64,000 nucleotides of DNA from Candidatus Methylomirabilales bacterium (GCA_046758505.1 JBHIAH010000005.1:39036-103035), one strand, 5' to 3'; positions 41,889 through 54,896 are shown, counted from the first letter of the stretch. Translations and numbers: made by a program. The notes: generated by a model from the sequence alone, not told the origin.

Positions 41889-41917
41889 AGGATAACCATT
41901 TCTTTGCCCGCTGTCAA
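41889..41917 (-). promoter_or_regulatory. Putative sigma70 promoter of the phosphatase gene
   Basis: TTGACA-17 bp-TATCCT on the minus strand. Confidence 0.55.
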
Positions 41918-42250
41918 TTCCACCTCCATCTTCCCCAGACCCCACAGCGCGCGGCATGCGGTGCCTGGGCCGGACCCCCGAGGGGTAGCTCGGGTAGCGT
42001 TGCGTCCCCCGATGCGCCCCCGGGGGGCCCCCGGCCTCATTGCAAGGTCGAGCCAACACGGAGTTGCCGTGGACAAGGTGCACGCTTGACACCCTTCTCC
42101 CCATCCAGTAAGGTCGAACTGATGCTGTCCCGCCTTGTTGGCCGCCCAGGACGCAAGCCGCACGCCGATGGCCTGGCGGCCTCGCCGACGCTCTGACCAC
42201 TCATATCATCCTGATCCTCTAAGATCAGGTAGACGATGAGGAGCACCGGA

Positions 42251-45200
42251 ATGAGTCACGAAGCCGTGCCGCCGCACACAAACCGACTGATCCACGAGAC
42301 GAGCCCCTACCTTCTCCAGCACGCCCATAATCCGGTGGACTGGTATGCCTGGGGGGACGAGGCGCTTCGCCGGGCCAAGGAGGAGCACCGCCCGATCCTC
42401 CTCAGCATCGGGTACTCCACCTGCCACTGGTGTCATGTCATGGAGCGCGAGTCGTTCGAGGACGAGGCGATTGCCGCGCTCATGAACCGGCACTTCGTCT
42501 GCATCAAGGTCGATCGAGAGGAGCGTCCCGACCTCGACGAGATTTATATGGCAGCTACGCTCGCGCTCAACCGTGGGCAGGGCGGCTGGCCGATGACTGT
42601 CTTCCTGACTCCCGACCAGCAACCATTTTTCGCGGGGACCTACTTCCCACCCACGAACAGATACGGCCGTCCGGGATTCGCCACCCTCCTTACGCGGATC
42701 GCAGAGATTTGGCAGACCGATCCTGACAGCGTCCGACATCAGGCCGCCGAGCTGACCGAGCAGCTGCGCCAGCAGTCGCGCCCCCTCACCGTCATGCCGA
42801 TCGGCGAAGCAGAGATCGCTGCAGCTGTCGCCCACTGCGTCGAAACTTTCGACGCCACCCACGGCGGGTTTGGTCCCGCCCCCAAGTTCCCTGCGGCAAC
42901 GAAGCTCTCATTCCTTTTGCGCTATCACCAGCGCACCGGGGACGCCCCTGCTTTGCACATGGTCCGAACGACGCTTGATAGCATGGCCCGGGGCGGGATG
43001 TACGATCAAATCGGTGGTGGCTTTTCCCGGTATTCCACCGACGAGCGCTGGCTGGTCCCTCACTTCGAAAAGATGCTGTACGATAACGCGCTCCTTACCC
43101 GGACCTACCTGGAGGCCTTCCAGGTCACCGGTGATCCCCTCTACCGGCGCATCGCGACGGAAGTCCTGGATTACATCTTGTGGGAGATGACCGCCCCCGA
43201 AGGGGGCTTCTACTCCGCGACCGACGCCGATTCGGAAGGGGAGGAGGGAAAATTCTTTGTCTGGACGCCGCGCGAAATCGAGGCGATTCTCGGTGCCGAA
43301 GAGGCGCGGCGGTTCTGCGCCTACTACGACATCACGGCCCGCGGCAACTGGGAAGGGAAAAGCATCCCGAACGTCCGGCGCACGCTGGACCAGGTTGCGG
43401 CCAAGCTCGAGATCACAGCCGAGGTACTTCAACAATCGCTTGATCGGGCACGGCCAAAGGTCTATGACGCCCGGAGGCGGCGGGTCCCCCCCGGGCTGGA
43501 TGACAAGATTCTCACCGCCTGGAACGGGTTGATGATCAGTGGGATGGCCGATGGCTATCGCGTCCTCGGCGAGCCGCGCTACCTGGACGCCGGCGCCCGC
43601 GCGGCCGACTTCCTGCTCGGCACCCTCGTTCGGCCGGACGGCCGGCTGCTCCGGACCTACCGGGCCGGCAAGGCACACCTGGATGCCTACCTGGAGGACT
43701 ACGCTTACCTCGCCGAGGCGCTGATCGACCTCTATGAGGCCGGCGGTGCGGCACGGTATCTCACCGAGTCGTTGCGTCTGGTCGAAATCCTCCTCGCCAA
43801 CTTCACCGACGCGGAGAGCGGCGCCTTTTACACCACGGCGCGGGATCACGAATCGCTGATCGTGCGTCAACGAGAGGGGACTGACGGCGCCATCCCAAGC
43901 GGCAATGCCACGGCGGCCTCCGCGTTGGCCCGACTCTCGTTCCACCTCGACCGTGAAGACCTGCAGGCCGCAGCGCAGCGAGCGATCACCGCCTATGGCA
44001 AACAGATCGGCCAATTCCCCCATGCCTTCGCCAAGGCCCTTGCCGTTGTGGACCTGCTCCTGGAGGGGCCGGTGGAGCTGGCCCTGGTCGGGAGCGACGG
44101 GGAACCCGGCTTTGAGGCGCTCCGGCAAGCGCTCGGGCGTCACTTCCTTCCCAATCGCATTCTTGCCCATCACGATCCGGCAACGGGTGATCCCCCACCC
44201 TTGCCATTACTCGAGGGCAAGCGACTCGTCAATGGCCAGGCAGCCCTGTACGTCTGCCAGCACTTCGCCTGCCAAGTGCCTATCACCGATCCGGCACTCG
44301 TAGGCGCCGCCCTGACCGCTCCCGCCTCGGCGGACAAATCCAGGAGGCAGTCGGTCTTCGGGACCTTCCTGCCCGGCAGCGCAACGCCGGCCGGTACCCG
44401 CGCCTATACCTCTCGCTTCACGCCACTGGGCTATGTCCCACTCGGCTCGACCGACCTCAGCACCAGCAAGGTCGGATTCGGCGGGTACCGCATCGACGAT
44501 GAGACGGCCGAGCACCGTGAGGCCCTTGAACAGGCGCTGGTCGCCGGCTGCAACTTGATTGACACCTCCACGAACTACACGGATGGGGGGAGCGAACGCT
44601 GCGTCGGGGCCGTCCTCGGCGCGCTGGTCCGGGCCGGAAAGCTCCGCCGTGAAGAAGTCATCGTCGTCTCCAAGATCGGCTACGTGCAGGGCACGAACAT
44701 GGTCCTGGCTCAGGAACGAGAGGCAGCGGGCGAACCCATTCCAGAGATAGTCAGATATATGGAGGGATGCTGGCACTGCATCCATCCCGAATTCCTCGGC
44801 GAGCAACTCCAGCGGTCGCTGGCTCGCCTGCAGCTCAAGACCCTCGACGTCTGCCTCCTCCACAATCCGGAGTACTTCTTCTCTGACGCAAAGAAGCGAG
44901 GCCGCGGGCCTCTGGAGGCGGTCCGGGCAGAGTTTTACCGGCGGCTTCGCGATGCCTTTGCCTTCTTCGAGGGCCAGGTAGCGGCGGGCACGATTCGATG
45001 GTACGGTGTCTCTTCGAACACGGCGGTCTCGTCCGCCCCCGACCCAGAGGCAACGTCGCTGAGCCGCATGCGGGCCGCCGCCCGAGAAGCGGCCGGGCCC
45101 GACCACCACTTCCGCATCCTTCAAGTGCCGATGAACCTCTTCGAGCCGGGCGGCGTCCTGGAGCGGAACACCGGGCCGGCGAACCAGCAGACCGTCCTCG

Positions 45201-45895
45201 AGGCTGCCCGGGAAGAAGGGATTGCCGTCCTCATCAACCGGCCCCTCAATGCCATCGTCCAGGACCGGATGCTGCGCCTGGCCGATTTTGATGTCGGGGG
45301 GGACGCCATCGATGCCGATGCCCAGTTCGAGAGGGTCGGCGATCTGGAGGGGGAGTGGCGCCGGCAGTTCGCCCGAGAGATCAGGACATCGTCAGACAGC
45401 ATCGCCCCTGAGGATTTTTTCCGATGGGCCGATCAGCTCCGCCACCTCCCGGGCCAGCTACAGAACCTCGAACAGTGGCAGCAGATTGAAGGGCAGATGA
45501 TCCTCCCGCAAGTCATTCATATCTTCAAAGCCCTTGACGGACATTTTGAGGGAGAGCTCGGGACGCTGTGGCAGTCCTGGCGGGGCCGCTACCTAGGGGA
45601 ATTGATGAAGCTGATGGCCGAATTCCGCCGCCAGGCGGCCAGCACGAGCCAGCGGCAGAGTGACGCGGTCTCGGCAGTGATCAATCCGCTGCTCCCGGCC
45701 GAGCGACGGGGCGAGAGCCTCTCCCGCAAGGCGCTCTGGGTGCTGGCCAGCACCCCGGGCGTGAGCTGCGTGCTCAACGGCATGCGGAAGCCGACCTACG
45801 TCGACGACGCCCTGGGCATCCTCCCCTGGCCCCCCCTTCCCGACGTCCTCCCGATCTACCAGGCGGTCCAGACTGTTCGGCTGCCCCGTGTCTAG
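42251..45895 (+). CDS. YyaL/SSP411 (DUF255) thioredoxin-domain protein fused to an aldo/keto reductase domain
   Basis: [36 protein letters not shown]; then [25 protein letters not shown]. Confidence 0.88.
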   Translation: MSHEAVPPHTNRLIHETSPYLLQHAHNPVDWYAWGDEALRRAKEEHRPILLSIGYSTCHWCHVMERESFEDEAIAALMNRHFVCIKVDREERPDLDEIYMAATLALNRGQGGWPMTVFLTPDQQPFFAGTYFPPTNRYGRPGFATLLTRIAEIWQTDPDSVRHQAAELTEQLRQQSRPLTVMPIGEAEIAAAVAHCVETFDATHGGFGPAPKFPAATKLSFLLRYHQRTGDAPALHMVRTTLDSMARGGMYDQIGGGFSRYSTDERWLVPHFEKMLYDNALLTRTYLEAFQVTGDPLYRRIATEVLDYILWEMTAPEGGFYSATDADSEGEEGKFFVWTPREIEAILGAEEARRFCAYYDITARGNWEGKSIPNVRRTLDQVAAKLEITAEVLQQSLDRARPKVYDARRRRVPPGLDDKILTAWNGLMISGMADGYRVLGEPRYLDAGARAADFLLGTLVRPDGRLLRTYRAGKAHLDAYLEDYAYLAEALIDLYEAGGAARYLTESLRLVEILLANFTDAESGAFYTTARDHESLIVRQREGTDGAIPSGNATAASALARLSFHLDREDLQAAAQRAITAYGKQIGQFPHAFAKALAVVDLLLEGPVELALVGSDGEPGFEALRQALGRHFLPNRILAHHDPATGDPPPLPLLEGKRLVNGQAALYVCQHFACQVPITDPALVGAALTAPASADKSRRQSVFGTFLPGSATPAGTRAYTSRFTPLGYVPLGSTDLSTSKVGFGGYRIDDETAEHREALEQALVAGCNLIDTSTNYTDGGSERCVGAVLGALVRAGKLRREEVIVVSKIGYVQGTNMVLAQEREAAGEPIPEIVRYMEGCWHCIHPEFLGEQLQRSLARLQLKTLDVCLLHNPEYFFSDAKKRGRGPLEAVRAEFYRRLRDAFAFFEGQVAAGTIRWYGVSSNTAVSSAPDPEATSLSRMRAAAREAAGPDHHFRILQVPMNLFEPGGVLERNTGPANQQTVLEAAREEGIAVLINRPLNAIVQDRMLRLADFDVGGDAIDADAQFERVGDLEGEWRRQFAREIRTSSDSIAPEDFFRWADQLRHLPGQLQNLEQWQQIEGQMILPQVIHIFKALDGHFEGELGTLWQSWRGRYLGELMKLMAEFRRQAASTSQRQSDAVSAVINPLLPAERRGESLSRKALWVLASTPGVSCVLNGMRKPTYVDDALGILPWPPLPDVLPIYQAVQTVRLPRV

Positions 45896-45924
45896 CGGCG
45901 TCCCAATATCTCCCTCCCGTCCAG

Positions 45925-46356
45925 GAGGTCATCAAAACGATATTGAAACATCTTGGACTCTGACTGGTCACACGAAAACCCCAGCCAAGGGCCAATGCGC
46001 CACCCATAGAATTTCAGATCGAGTATTCAGATGCACAGATCCCACCCTCTGACGAATACCTTTACCGCGTTCCTGAATACTCTCTGGATGTGTACGTATC
46101 CTGATTTCAAACCGGAGAGCAGGGTGAGGGCCCTTGTCTAGCCAGATTTGGGGTCACAGACACAATCCCGTCCGGTGCCACACACCTCAAATCCTATCCA
46201 CTCACGGCTCCTATCACCCTTCGGAAATCCGCCTCCTCCCCGCCTTCCATGTCTTGGGGTACCTTTCCCCTAACCGCCGTATCTCCTGGTCTCTTTCGCC
46301 TTGACACGAAGCACCTGCCTCATTACCCTATCCTCAGCCAAAAGGGAGTTCTTATG
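45925..46356 (+). mobile_element. IS91-family-like transposase C-terminal remnant and element end
   Basis: EVIKTILKHLGL*LVTRKPQPRANAPP resembles the 'VI..IL.HLGLW...PP' tail I associate with IS91-like transposases; internal stop; AT-rich. Confidence 0.55.
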
Positions 46357-46584
46357 ACTTCACTATCACTTAGCCTCCTAAACTTCATCAAGGGGGAGCT
46401 CCGATCCCCCACTCCAACTACGCTACTAGTGGACCAGCCTTGGGTCGTCGATGAGTTCAACGCCTGGCGGCACCAGCGTTTTGGCGCGCCCTGCTGGGGT
46501 CGTTCGAGAACGGCGCGCGCCATCAATACAGGTGGCATCGCGCTGCGTCCGCAGGTTTGACCACCACCGGAGCGCGTTCGATCC

Positions 46585-47520
46585 ATGATGAAAGTGGCTG
46601 CTCAGATTATCGTGATGCCTGCGCGCCGTGAGGAGCCACCAGACGGACACGCGCTGGAGCGCGAGTACCGCCTCCAACTCGCGGATGGACGTACCCTCGC
46701 CTGCCTGGCGCTGGGCGACCCCGGAGGCAGCACCGTCCTGTACTTCCATGGTTATCCGGGCTCGCGCCTGGAGGGTCGCCTGGCGGCGGGTGCTGCCCGG
46801 CGGCTCGGCCTGCGGCTGCTTGCGCCGGATCGTCCCGGTTTCGGCGAATCCACGTTTCAGCCGGGCCGGACCATCGGTTCCTGGGCCGCGGACGTGGCAG
46901 AGCTGGCGGACCAGCTTGCTCTGGAGCGGTTCGCCGTCGTCGGGGTCTCCGGGGGCGGGCCCTATGCCCTCGCCTGCGCCGCAAGGATGCCCGAGCGCCT
47001 CAGCCGCGTGGCCCTCGTCGGCGCCCTGGGGCCGCTCGCCCGGAAGCAACTCACTCATGATATGGTAACGCTGAACCGCCTGGCGTTTGCCCTAGCCGCG
47101 CATTCGCCGCCGGTGGCGCGGTTCGCTGTCCATATCGCGGCCCGGTGGGTTCCCCGGCACCCGGACCGCTATATCGCTCACATGAGGGCGGGCGCGCCCC
47201 CGGCGGACCACATGGTGCTGGCCGATGCCGTTTATCGCACGCTGTTCGCCGAGAGCACGGCGGAGGCTTTGCGCCAGGGCGGACGGGGAGCCGCGGGGGA
47301 ACTGATGCTGCTGGCACGGCCGTGGGACTTCGGGTTGCAGGAGGTGCTTGTACCGGTGCGGATTTGGCAGGGGCTGGCCGACAACATCGTGCCTCCGGCA
47401 ATGGCGCAATATCTGGCCGATGCGCTGCCACACAGCGAGCCGCACTATGTACCGGAGGAGGGCCACCTGTCGATGATCGTTCGCCACCTCGATGCCGTCC
47501 TCGCCAACCTGTGCCCGTGA
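46585..47520 (+). CDS. Alpha/beta hydrolase
   Basis: FHGYPGSR, DRPGFG, GVSGGG, WQG.AD, EGH. Confidence 0.9.
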   Translation: MMKVAAQIIVMPARREEPPDGHALEREYRLQLADGRTLACLALGDPGGSTVLYFHGYPGSRLEGRLAAGAARRLGLRLLAPDRPGFGESTFQPGRTIGSWAADVAELADQLALERFAVVGVSGGGPYALACAARMPERLSRVALVGALGPLARKQLTHDMVTLNRLAFALAAHSPPVARFAVHIAARWVPRHPDRYIAHMRAGAPPADHMVLADAVYRTLFAESTAEALRQGGRGAAGELMLLARPWDFGLQEVLVPVRIWQGLADNIVPPAMAQYLADALPHSEPHYVPEEGHLSMIVRHLDAVLANLCP

Positions 47521-47679
47521 GCGGAATCTATCACCCGGGCCAGCGGATTCCGAATCGACGGAGCGCACTCGAGGCGCCACCCTTCAGCTAGGGTGCGGCA
47601 TCACTCATTGTTGCCGCGAGGCAGGGGGTGTCGTAAAGCATTTGGTCTTGACGATGCGAAGATCAGGAGGAATCCAATT

Positions 47680-48303
47680 ATGTTGAGACCGCGCTTCGAG
47701 CAACATAATGACCCAAGGGGGCATGACCTGGAGACGATCGAACTCGAGATAGATCAGGATGGATCCCCGGTGACGCTCGAAGCTGGAAGCTGGTTCGTCT
47801 GTTTTGTGCCCGGGCTCAAGAAGCAATGGTGGCAACCGTTCGTGAACAAGCGTCACAAACACGTCTTCGCCATGCGGCCTGCTGGGAAACACGAATGGAC
47901 CCTCTTTGAGCCGTGGTGGCATCGCCTGCTGACGGCCACGATCACCTCGGAGCAGGCACGAAAATTTCTCCTCTGGGGCGCCCGCGGCGACGTGCTGCTT
48001 GTGCGCGAAGCCATCCCCGGACGTGGCAGTCAGGTGCGCGGCTGGATGGATTGCGCGGGCCTCACTTCTTACCTCCTCGGACGCCCGTACTGGGTATGGA
48101 CGCCGCACGGGCTCTATAAGCGCCTTCTGCGTGAACCGAACGTCTGCCGGGTGGATATCTCGGTGCTCCTCACGCTCGACGACGACGAGCTGGCCAAGGG
48201 ATCACGGGTTATCGCGGCCTGTGATGAATGCTCGCCGGGCGCGCGCAAGCGCCGGCCGGGGGCGCCGAAGCCATTCTGCATATGCTGCGGCCGGGATCGT
48301 TAA
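47680..48303 (+). CDS. Hypothetical protein, possible permuted papain-like (NlpC/P60) fold
   Basis: AGGAGG RBS; KHVFA..., DCAGLTSYLLG, TPHGLY; C-terminal CDEC...CICC. Confidence 0.7.
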   Translation: MLRPRFEQHNDPRGHDLETIELEIDQDGSPVTLEAGSWFVCFVPGLKKQWWQPFVNKRHKHVFAMRPAGKHEWTLFEPWWHRLLTATITSEQARKFLLWGARGDVLLVREAIPGRGSQVRGWMDCAGLTSYLLGRPYWVWTPHGLYKRLLREPNVCRVDISVLLTLDDDELAKGSRVIAACDECSPGARKRRPGAPKPFCICCGRDR

Positions 48304-48389
48304 TGAGCCTCTTAAAACGCCCCGCCTAAGGGATCAAATCACCCTATGATGTGAGTGGCTGGATTTTGGGGGGAAAGAGGGATCGGCCC

Positions 48390-48440
48390 ATGTGGAAGAA
48401 GAAGGAGATGGATCCGGTTTGCGGTATGTGCATCGTGATC
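48390..48440 (+). pseudogene. YHS-domain N-terminal remnant
   Basis: MWKKKEMDPVCGM (DPVCGM signature), then runs into duplicated AATTGGGGTC repeat. Confidence 0.4.
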
Positions 48441-48592
48441 GGATCCGATACAATATCGGGATTGAATTGGGGTCGATTGAATTGGGGTCAAGTCTGCTCT
48501 TGGCTCATCTTTGGAGATGGTTCCGTATCTGTTCGAACCGCTGAGCGCTCTCGCCTTTGTTTTAAAGCTCCGCGGCCGAGTCGCAGGTGGAG

Positions 48593-49012
48593 TTAAAGGG
48601 CTGGCGGGGGCGCCGTTCGGTAGCCGTCCAATCGTCGGCGCGGTCCCCCTCGGTCATGGCGCGAAGTCAGGGGCCTCAATGGATCGGGAATCCGATAGAG
48701 GCGCTCCACCTCCCGATGGTCGAAGATCCCGACTGCCTCGCGCTGAATGATGAGATACCGATAATACGTCGCCGCCTTTTCTCTCAAGGCATTGTACTCA
48801 CCGGCTAACACGCCGACCCCCTGGGTGAGCGAGCGCCGCTCGGGAGATGCGTCTTTCAGTTCCTGCCCCAGGGACCCGATGGCATCCTTCAGCTCAGCCA
48901 GCTTCCGGAGAGCCTCCTCCAATCGCTCCCCCGCCCTCCCCAAGGCCTCGGCCTTCTCCCGCTGAATTTCGGCCTGCAGCTTCTCGTGCCGGTCACAAAC
49001 GTCCCGGCCCAT
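48593..49012 (-). CDS. Hypothetical helical protein (DUF6665-like)
   Basis: EKAEALGRAGERLE...LIIQREAVG...Y.IP. Confidence 0.75.
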   Translation of the reverse strand: MGRDVCDRHEKLQAEIQREKAEALGRAGERLEEALRKLAELKDAIGSLGQELKDASPERRSLTQGVGVLAGEYNALREKAATYYRYLIIQREAVGIFDHREVERLYRIPDPLRPLTSRHDRGGPRRRLDGYRTAPPPAL

Positions 49013-49014
49013 CC

Positions 49015-49797
49015 CTAGCTCCTGTCCTCGCGGACACACCCAGACCGCTTAGAACTGTCCTGCCCAAAGAACTCAAGTTCGAATGCTTCTGCGTACGTAT
49101 ACACTTGTAAATTCTCTTGCGCAATTTCGCGGTTGACTCTCAGAGTGCGCCCATCCAACCCGTGATTCCTCATGTGCAAGTTCCGTTGCTGCTGGGATGC
49201 ATGAAACCGCAATAACCGGCCCTTCCACGCCGCATCCTTTTCTCCAAATACTGTATACACATCGTGGCGCATGTTGATAGTCTTCGGATCTCTGTTGAGG
49301 AATGCGGTCACCGGATACCCCACCCCCGAAGCGATCTTTCGAAAGAGTGAATACGTCCTTTGATGTCCAATATTCGTATCATTGCCGTGAGGAAGAAATA
49401 CGAGATCGGGTCGTACTTCACGAATATAATCCCGAACACGTTCACCATTCACATCGTTCTCGATGATATCGCCCGCATCGTCTTCCGCCAGCCTCAGAAA
49501 ACTCAGGCGGGATTCTGGTAATCCGAAAAATTGACAGCTTTTCCTCTGTTCCTTTTCTCGAATTTCACCTTTTACTTTCCTCGTAGCAGGGGAGCAAAAC
49601 TCGTCCTCCACTCCACTGGCCCCGGAACTGAGAACTGCCACATATATGGGGTTCCCGTTATCCCTGAAAAAACGCATGGTGATACCAATTTCATCAAAAT
49701 CATCCGGGTGAGGGGCCAGCACCACCACGACGAGCTCCTTCGGGACTCGGAGTGCATGAAGAAAAACAGGCGTTCCAGCTTTAAACAAGGCTTTCAT
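49015..49797 (-). CDS. PIG-L/LmbE family deacetylase
   Basis: APHPDD, RE.EQ, PHGNDTN..H, HASQ. Confidence 0.85.
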   Translation of the reverse strand: MKALFKAGTPVFLHALRVPKELVVVVLAPHPDDFDEIGITMRFFRDNGNPIYVAVLSSGASGVEDEFCSPATRKVKGEIREKEQRKSCQFFGLPESRLSFLRLAEDDAGDIIENDVNGERVRDYIREVRPDLVFLPHGNDTNIGHQRTYSLFRKIASGVGYPVTAFLNRDPKTINMRHDVYTVFGEKDAAWKGRLLRFHASQQQRNLHMRNHGLDGRTLRVNREIAQENLQVYTYAEAFELEFFGQDSSKRSGCVREDRS

Positions 49798-49929
49798 GTC
49801 CACATCTACCCCTTCCGCCGCACGATCGATCGGACCAAGGGAGTTCACACAGTAGGTTTGGGGAGATGGCGGAGGGGTTGTTCGGTAATGGTGAGATCGT
49901 AGACAAGCGTCGCGTCCGTGTTGGTAACC

Positions 49930-50712
49930 CTAGACCTTGCTGTGTCTCGGTTTCCACTGGGAAGTGCCATCGGGGAGGGGGATCGGCGTGAAGTCGGCAA
50001 AGAGGTGCGTGGCGTCTTTTTTCATTATCTCGGCCACCCTTCCGAAGACTACCCGGATTTCCACCTCCGCGCCTGGTTCGGTTCGGGCCTCGATCACCCA
50101 CCGGAGGGTCCTCGCATTGGCGGTCCAGATGATTGTGGTCGCTACGCCATCAGGGGCCACCCGGCGCATGGCCGAGGTGAGCACCTTCTTTTCGTGGAAG
50201 GGGCGCCCCTCGATCGCCAGCACGTCCGCCAATCGCTGCTGTGCCTCCTCACTCTTTACCACGGCCTCTTCGAAGACCGCCAACGCCTCCGGGTTCTCTC
50301 GAATCTCCGGAGGGAGCCACATGCCGATCTCCGTCAACCGCACGAAGCGGAGGCTTTCCTGACTCATCGCGGTCCCGACCCGATGCCTCACGAGTTCGTG
50401 GGTGAAAACCCGGCTGACATTAAAGAAGGCAAAGGTCCAGTTCGCATGCTCGATGACGCTCCCATGTCTGACGCTCAGGATGTTTTCCAGGTAGGCCTTG
50501 CTCCCCTCCCGAACCTTCGTGACATTCGGATTGAGTCCCGGCTCGAAGGACCGGTAGCAGGACCGCCCCGCTACCTCGATGAGCTTCTCCCCCGCCGACG
50601 GGGCGTCGGTGTCCCACCCGGAGGCCCCCACCGCCCGAAGATAGGCGGCAAGCCCCTCCTCATTGATCGCCGGCCGGGCGAGAAGAAAGACCTGCGGTTC
50701 CACCTGTTTCAT
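49930..50712 (-). CDS. thyX: FAD-dependent thymidylate synthase
   Basis: HGSVIEH, ELVRHR....SQESLRF, N.R.LR. Confidence 0.93.
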   Translation of the reverse strand: MKQVEPQVFLLARPAINEEGLAAYLRAVGASGWDTDAPSAGEKLIEVAGRSCYRSFEPGLNPNVTKVREGSKAYLENILSVRHGSVIEHANWTFAFFNVSRVFTHELVRHRVGTAMSQESLRFVRLTEIGMWLPPEIRENPEALAVFEEAVVKSEEAQQRLADVLAIEGRPFHEKKVLTSAMRRVAPDGVATTIIWTANARTLRWVIEARTEPGAEVEIRVVFGRVAEIMKKDATHLFADFTPIPLPDGTSQWKPRHSKV

Positions 50713-50796
50713 ATCGCCCTCCCCTGCGGAGCTTCGTGACAGCCTATTTTTATGAGGTTCACGTCGCACCGTCAAGGAAAATCCTCCCCCGCAGGG

Positions 50797-50916
50797 CGGC
50801 TGGAAGGCGAGGAAGCTGGAAGGCTTGGATGCTCGGATATCTCCGGAACTCATGGGTTCTCGCTTCCTAGCGCTACAGCGTTCTAGCGTTCCAGCATCCT
50901 AGCGTTCCAGCGTTCT
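50797..50916. repeat. Inverted octamer arrays (GCTGGAAG / CTAGCGTT)
   Basis: ggctggaaggc...gctggaaggcttggatgc then ctagcgttccagcatcctagcgttccagcgttcta. Confidence 0.65.
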
Positions 50917-51709
50917 AAAAAGGCAGTGACGCCGATACGAGCAGGTACCGACCCAGAAACTCGCCGAGAAACACGGTAATGACGGCAACGTAATAAAAGC
51001 CCGTGGCGGCCTGAACGTTGGGGAGGCGCAAGCAATTCAAGATCACCAGGGCAACCACCAGCGAGCCACCGATCCCGACAAACATCCGGCCAAAGAGGAG
51101 GGCCCAGTGCTCTCCCAAAAGGCGGATCCAGTGCTCAGCCAGACTTCCCTGGCCAAATCCGTAGACGAGAAGGGTGAACAGGGCCGGCAGGGCTCCTTGC
51201 AGCAGGATGACCATACAGAAGACATCTGAGAGGCGCTTGATGAGCGAGACCGGCAGCTGGGGCTCATTCAAATACCGATGCCCGAGGAGCAGCCCGACCA
51301 GCGCCGTCCCGAGCACGAGGGCCGACGTGAGAGCATTCGTCGCACCCATCATGATACCCAGGGAGCCCGCCGCCGCAACGCGGTACTGCAGCGCATCTGC
51401 GACCACGAGCACTACCCCCGTCACCACGCCCAGGCGGTGAAGGACTGCCGCCCCCGGACGTCCCCGAATAAACCAGGTCACCGTGAAGGCCAGCAGAACA
51501 ATCGCAAAGAGGAAGCTAGACCATCCCCCGATCCCGGTGTGGCCTCCGGACCGCCCCAGGGCCAGTCCCTCGACCACGAGGAGGATCAGGCCGCAGATGC
51601 GAAAAAATTGGCGGCTAATGGCCCCGAACGGGATCAGGAGTAGGGCCACCATGCCGCCAACCGCGACCTGATGCAGGAACGAGATGAAGGCGCGGCCAAG
51701 ATGCTCCAT
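50915..51709 (-). CDS. Polytopic membrane protein
   Basis: About 8 hydrophobic segments; LLGHRYL..P motif; QAATGFYY. Confidence 0.8.
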   Translation of the reverse strand: MEHLGRAFISFLHQVAVGGMVALLLIPFGAISRQFFRICGLILLVVEGLALGRSGGHTGIGGWSSFLFAIVLLAFTVTWFIRGRPGAAVLHRLGVVTGVVLVVADALQYRVAAAGSLGIMMGATNALTSALVLGTALVGLLLGHRYLNEPQLPVSLIKRLSDVFCMVILLQGALPALFTLLVYGFGQGSLAEHWIRLLGEHWALLFGRMFVGIGGSLVVALVILNCLRLPNVQAATGFYYVAVITVFLGEFLGRYLLVSASLPF

Positions 51710-51875
51710 CGTCCTTAGTTTGCTTGAGGCTTTGCCTGCTGCGTCTCCACGTCCATCCTCAGCTGCGCCAACGGGATGGGGGTTGGACCCCGAATCATCA
51801 CCCGGAATCTCAGGTACCCAGGCCCTTCTGATCTACTCGCCCACCGCCCTCAGGAGGGATGGGCGCTGGCGTGTA

Positions 51876-53795
<1,920 letters not shown>

Positions 53796-53804
53796 TCACG
53801 AAGG

Positions 53805-53917
53805 TCAATCGCCAGGGAAGCTCAACCGGGACGTCCGACGCCTCGATCTTCACGGCCGGGTTTCACATCGGCCCCGGTGGTCACATCATACTGCCAGCCG
53901 TGCCAGCGGCAGGTGGG
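53805..53917 (-). pseudogene. Rieske [2Fe-2S] ferredoxin fragment
   Basis: TCRWHGWQYDVTTG (second Rieske ligand box), then VKIEASDV in another frame; first box missing. Confidence 0.6.
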
Positions 53918-54057
53918 AGGGGGCAAGGTCACGTACCTCCCGGTCCACCTTCACCACTGTGGCCTGGGCCTCTGTGGATTGCGTCCCCTGGTCCCGGCCA
54001 ATAACGAGAAAAGCGCCTGGTGGGTCCACCCGCGCTTTGCCTATCGACCTTTCCGAG

Positions 54058-54153
54058 ACATCTCCCTCCGCTGGCATTATCCAGATCAGGTTCGACGGTC
54101 GTCCCGGGACTACCGGGACCTCTCAGCTCGCCTCCGCGAGCTCCCGTGGTCCT
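54058..54153 (-). ncRNA. TPP riboswitch
   Basis: GGGAGC...CTGAGAGG...ACC.TCGAACCTGATCTGGATAATGCCAGCGGAGGGAG upstream of thiC. Confidence 0.92.
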
Positions 54154-54168
54154 CTCGATTGTTATTTT

Positions 54169-54197
54169 TTTGTATCACACTCACCGGGTTTTGTCAA
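54169..54197 (-). promoter_or_regulatory. Putative promoter of the TPP leader
   Basis: TTGACA-17 bp-TACAAA immediately 5' of the riboswitch. Confidence 0.55.
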
Positions 54198-54512
54198 CTC
54201 CCTCGTACTGACCTTTCCGGATCCCCATCAATGACCGAACCCCGCTCCGAGGCATCTTTTCTACCCTCTCCGAGCCTGCCGTCGACACGACTCCGCCCTC
54301 CCCCCAGGCTTTTCGATACCTGCCCCGCGCCCTTGCTCCCCCAGAGGAGACCCACAAAACGACAAAGGTCCACAAGGCACCCTCTCGACCCCCCAAGGAT
54401 CGGGCTGTCTCTGTCGGTTGGATGGATGGTCGAGGCTCGGGGTTCGAAGACTCGGGGGCACGCCCCTCAGGCTTACGGATCGCGTGAGGGTCTAACGGGG
54501 GAGCAAATCGCT

Positions 54513-54656
54513 TCAGACGCGCAAGGGAGGGTCGAGAATCGGTGACCGATTCTCGTCGGCTGTTGCCTGCCCTTGCGAGCACACGGGGCACTCCAGACCT
54601 CGATACGGACCATGGTAGACGCAAAGCGCCTCAGGGACTTCCAGGATCGGGCTCAT
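54513..54656 (-). CDS. Small putative zinc-binding protein, 47 aa
   Basis: GGGAGGT RBS; MSPILEVPEALCVYHGPYRGLECPVCSQ (CxxH...CxxC). Confidence 0.55.
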   Translation of the reverse strand: MSPILEVPEALCVYHGPYRGLECPVCSQGQATADENRSPILDPPLRV

Positions 54657-54896
54657 GCGCGCACCTCCCTGGAAATAGAACAGCCCAACGGTCGGCCGGA
54701 CTCGCGGTAGCCACACGCGCGTATACAAATGCAAGGGAGATGCCCACGTGGACTCCCAGGGGGGAGGGAGAATGACTGGATCGCGGGGAAAGAAGGAAAC
54801 CGACCCCTCAAGGCCTCCGCCTGGGTCGCAGAACAGACATCACACCCGCATGAAACGGGCACGCAGGTGCTTTGATGAAATATCGTGAGGGGGCGG

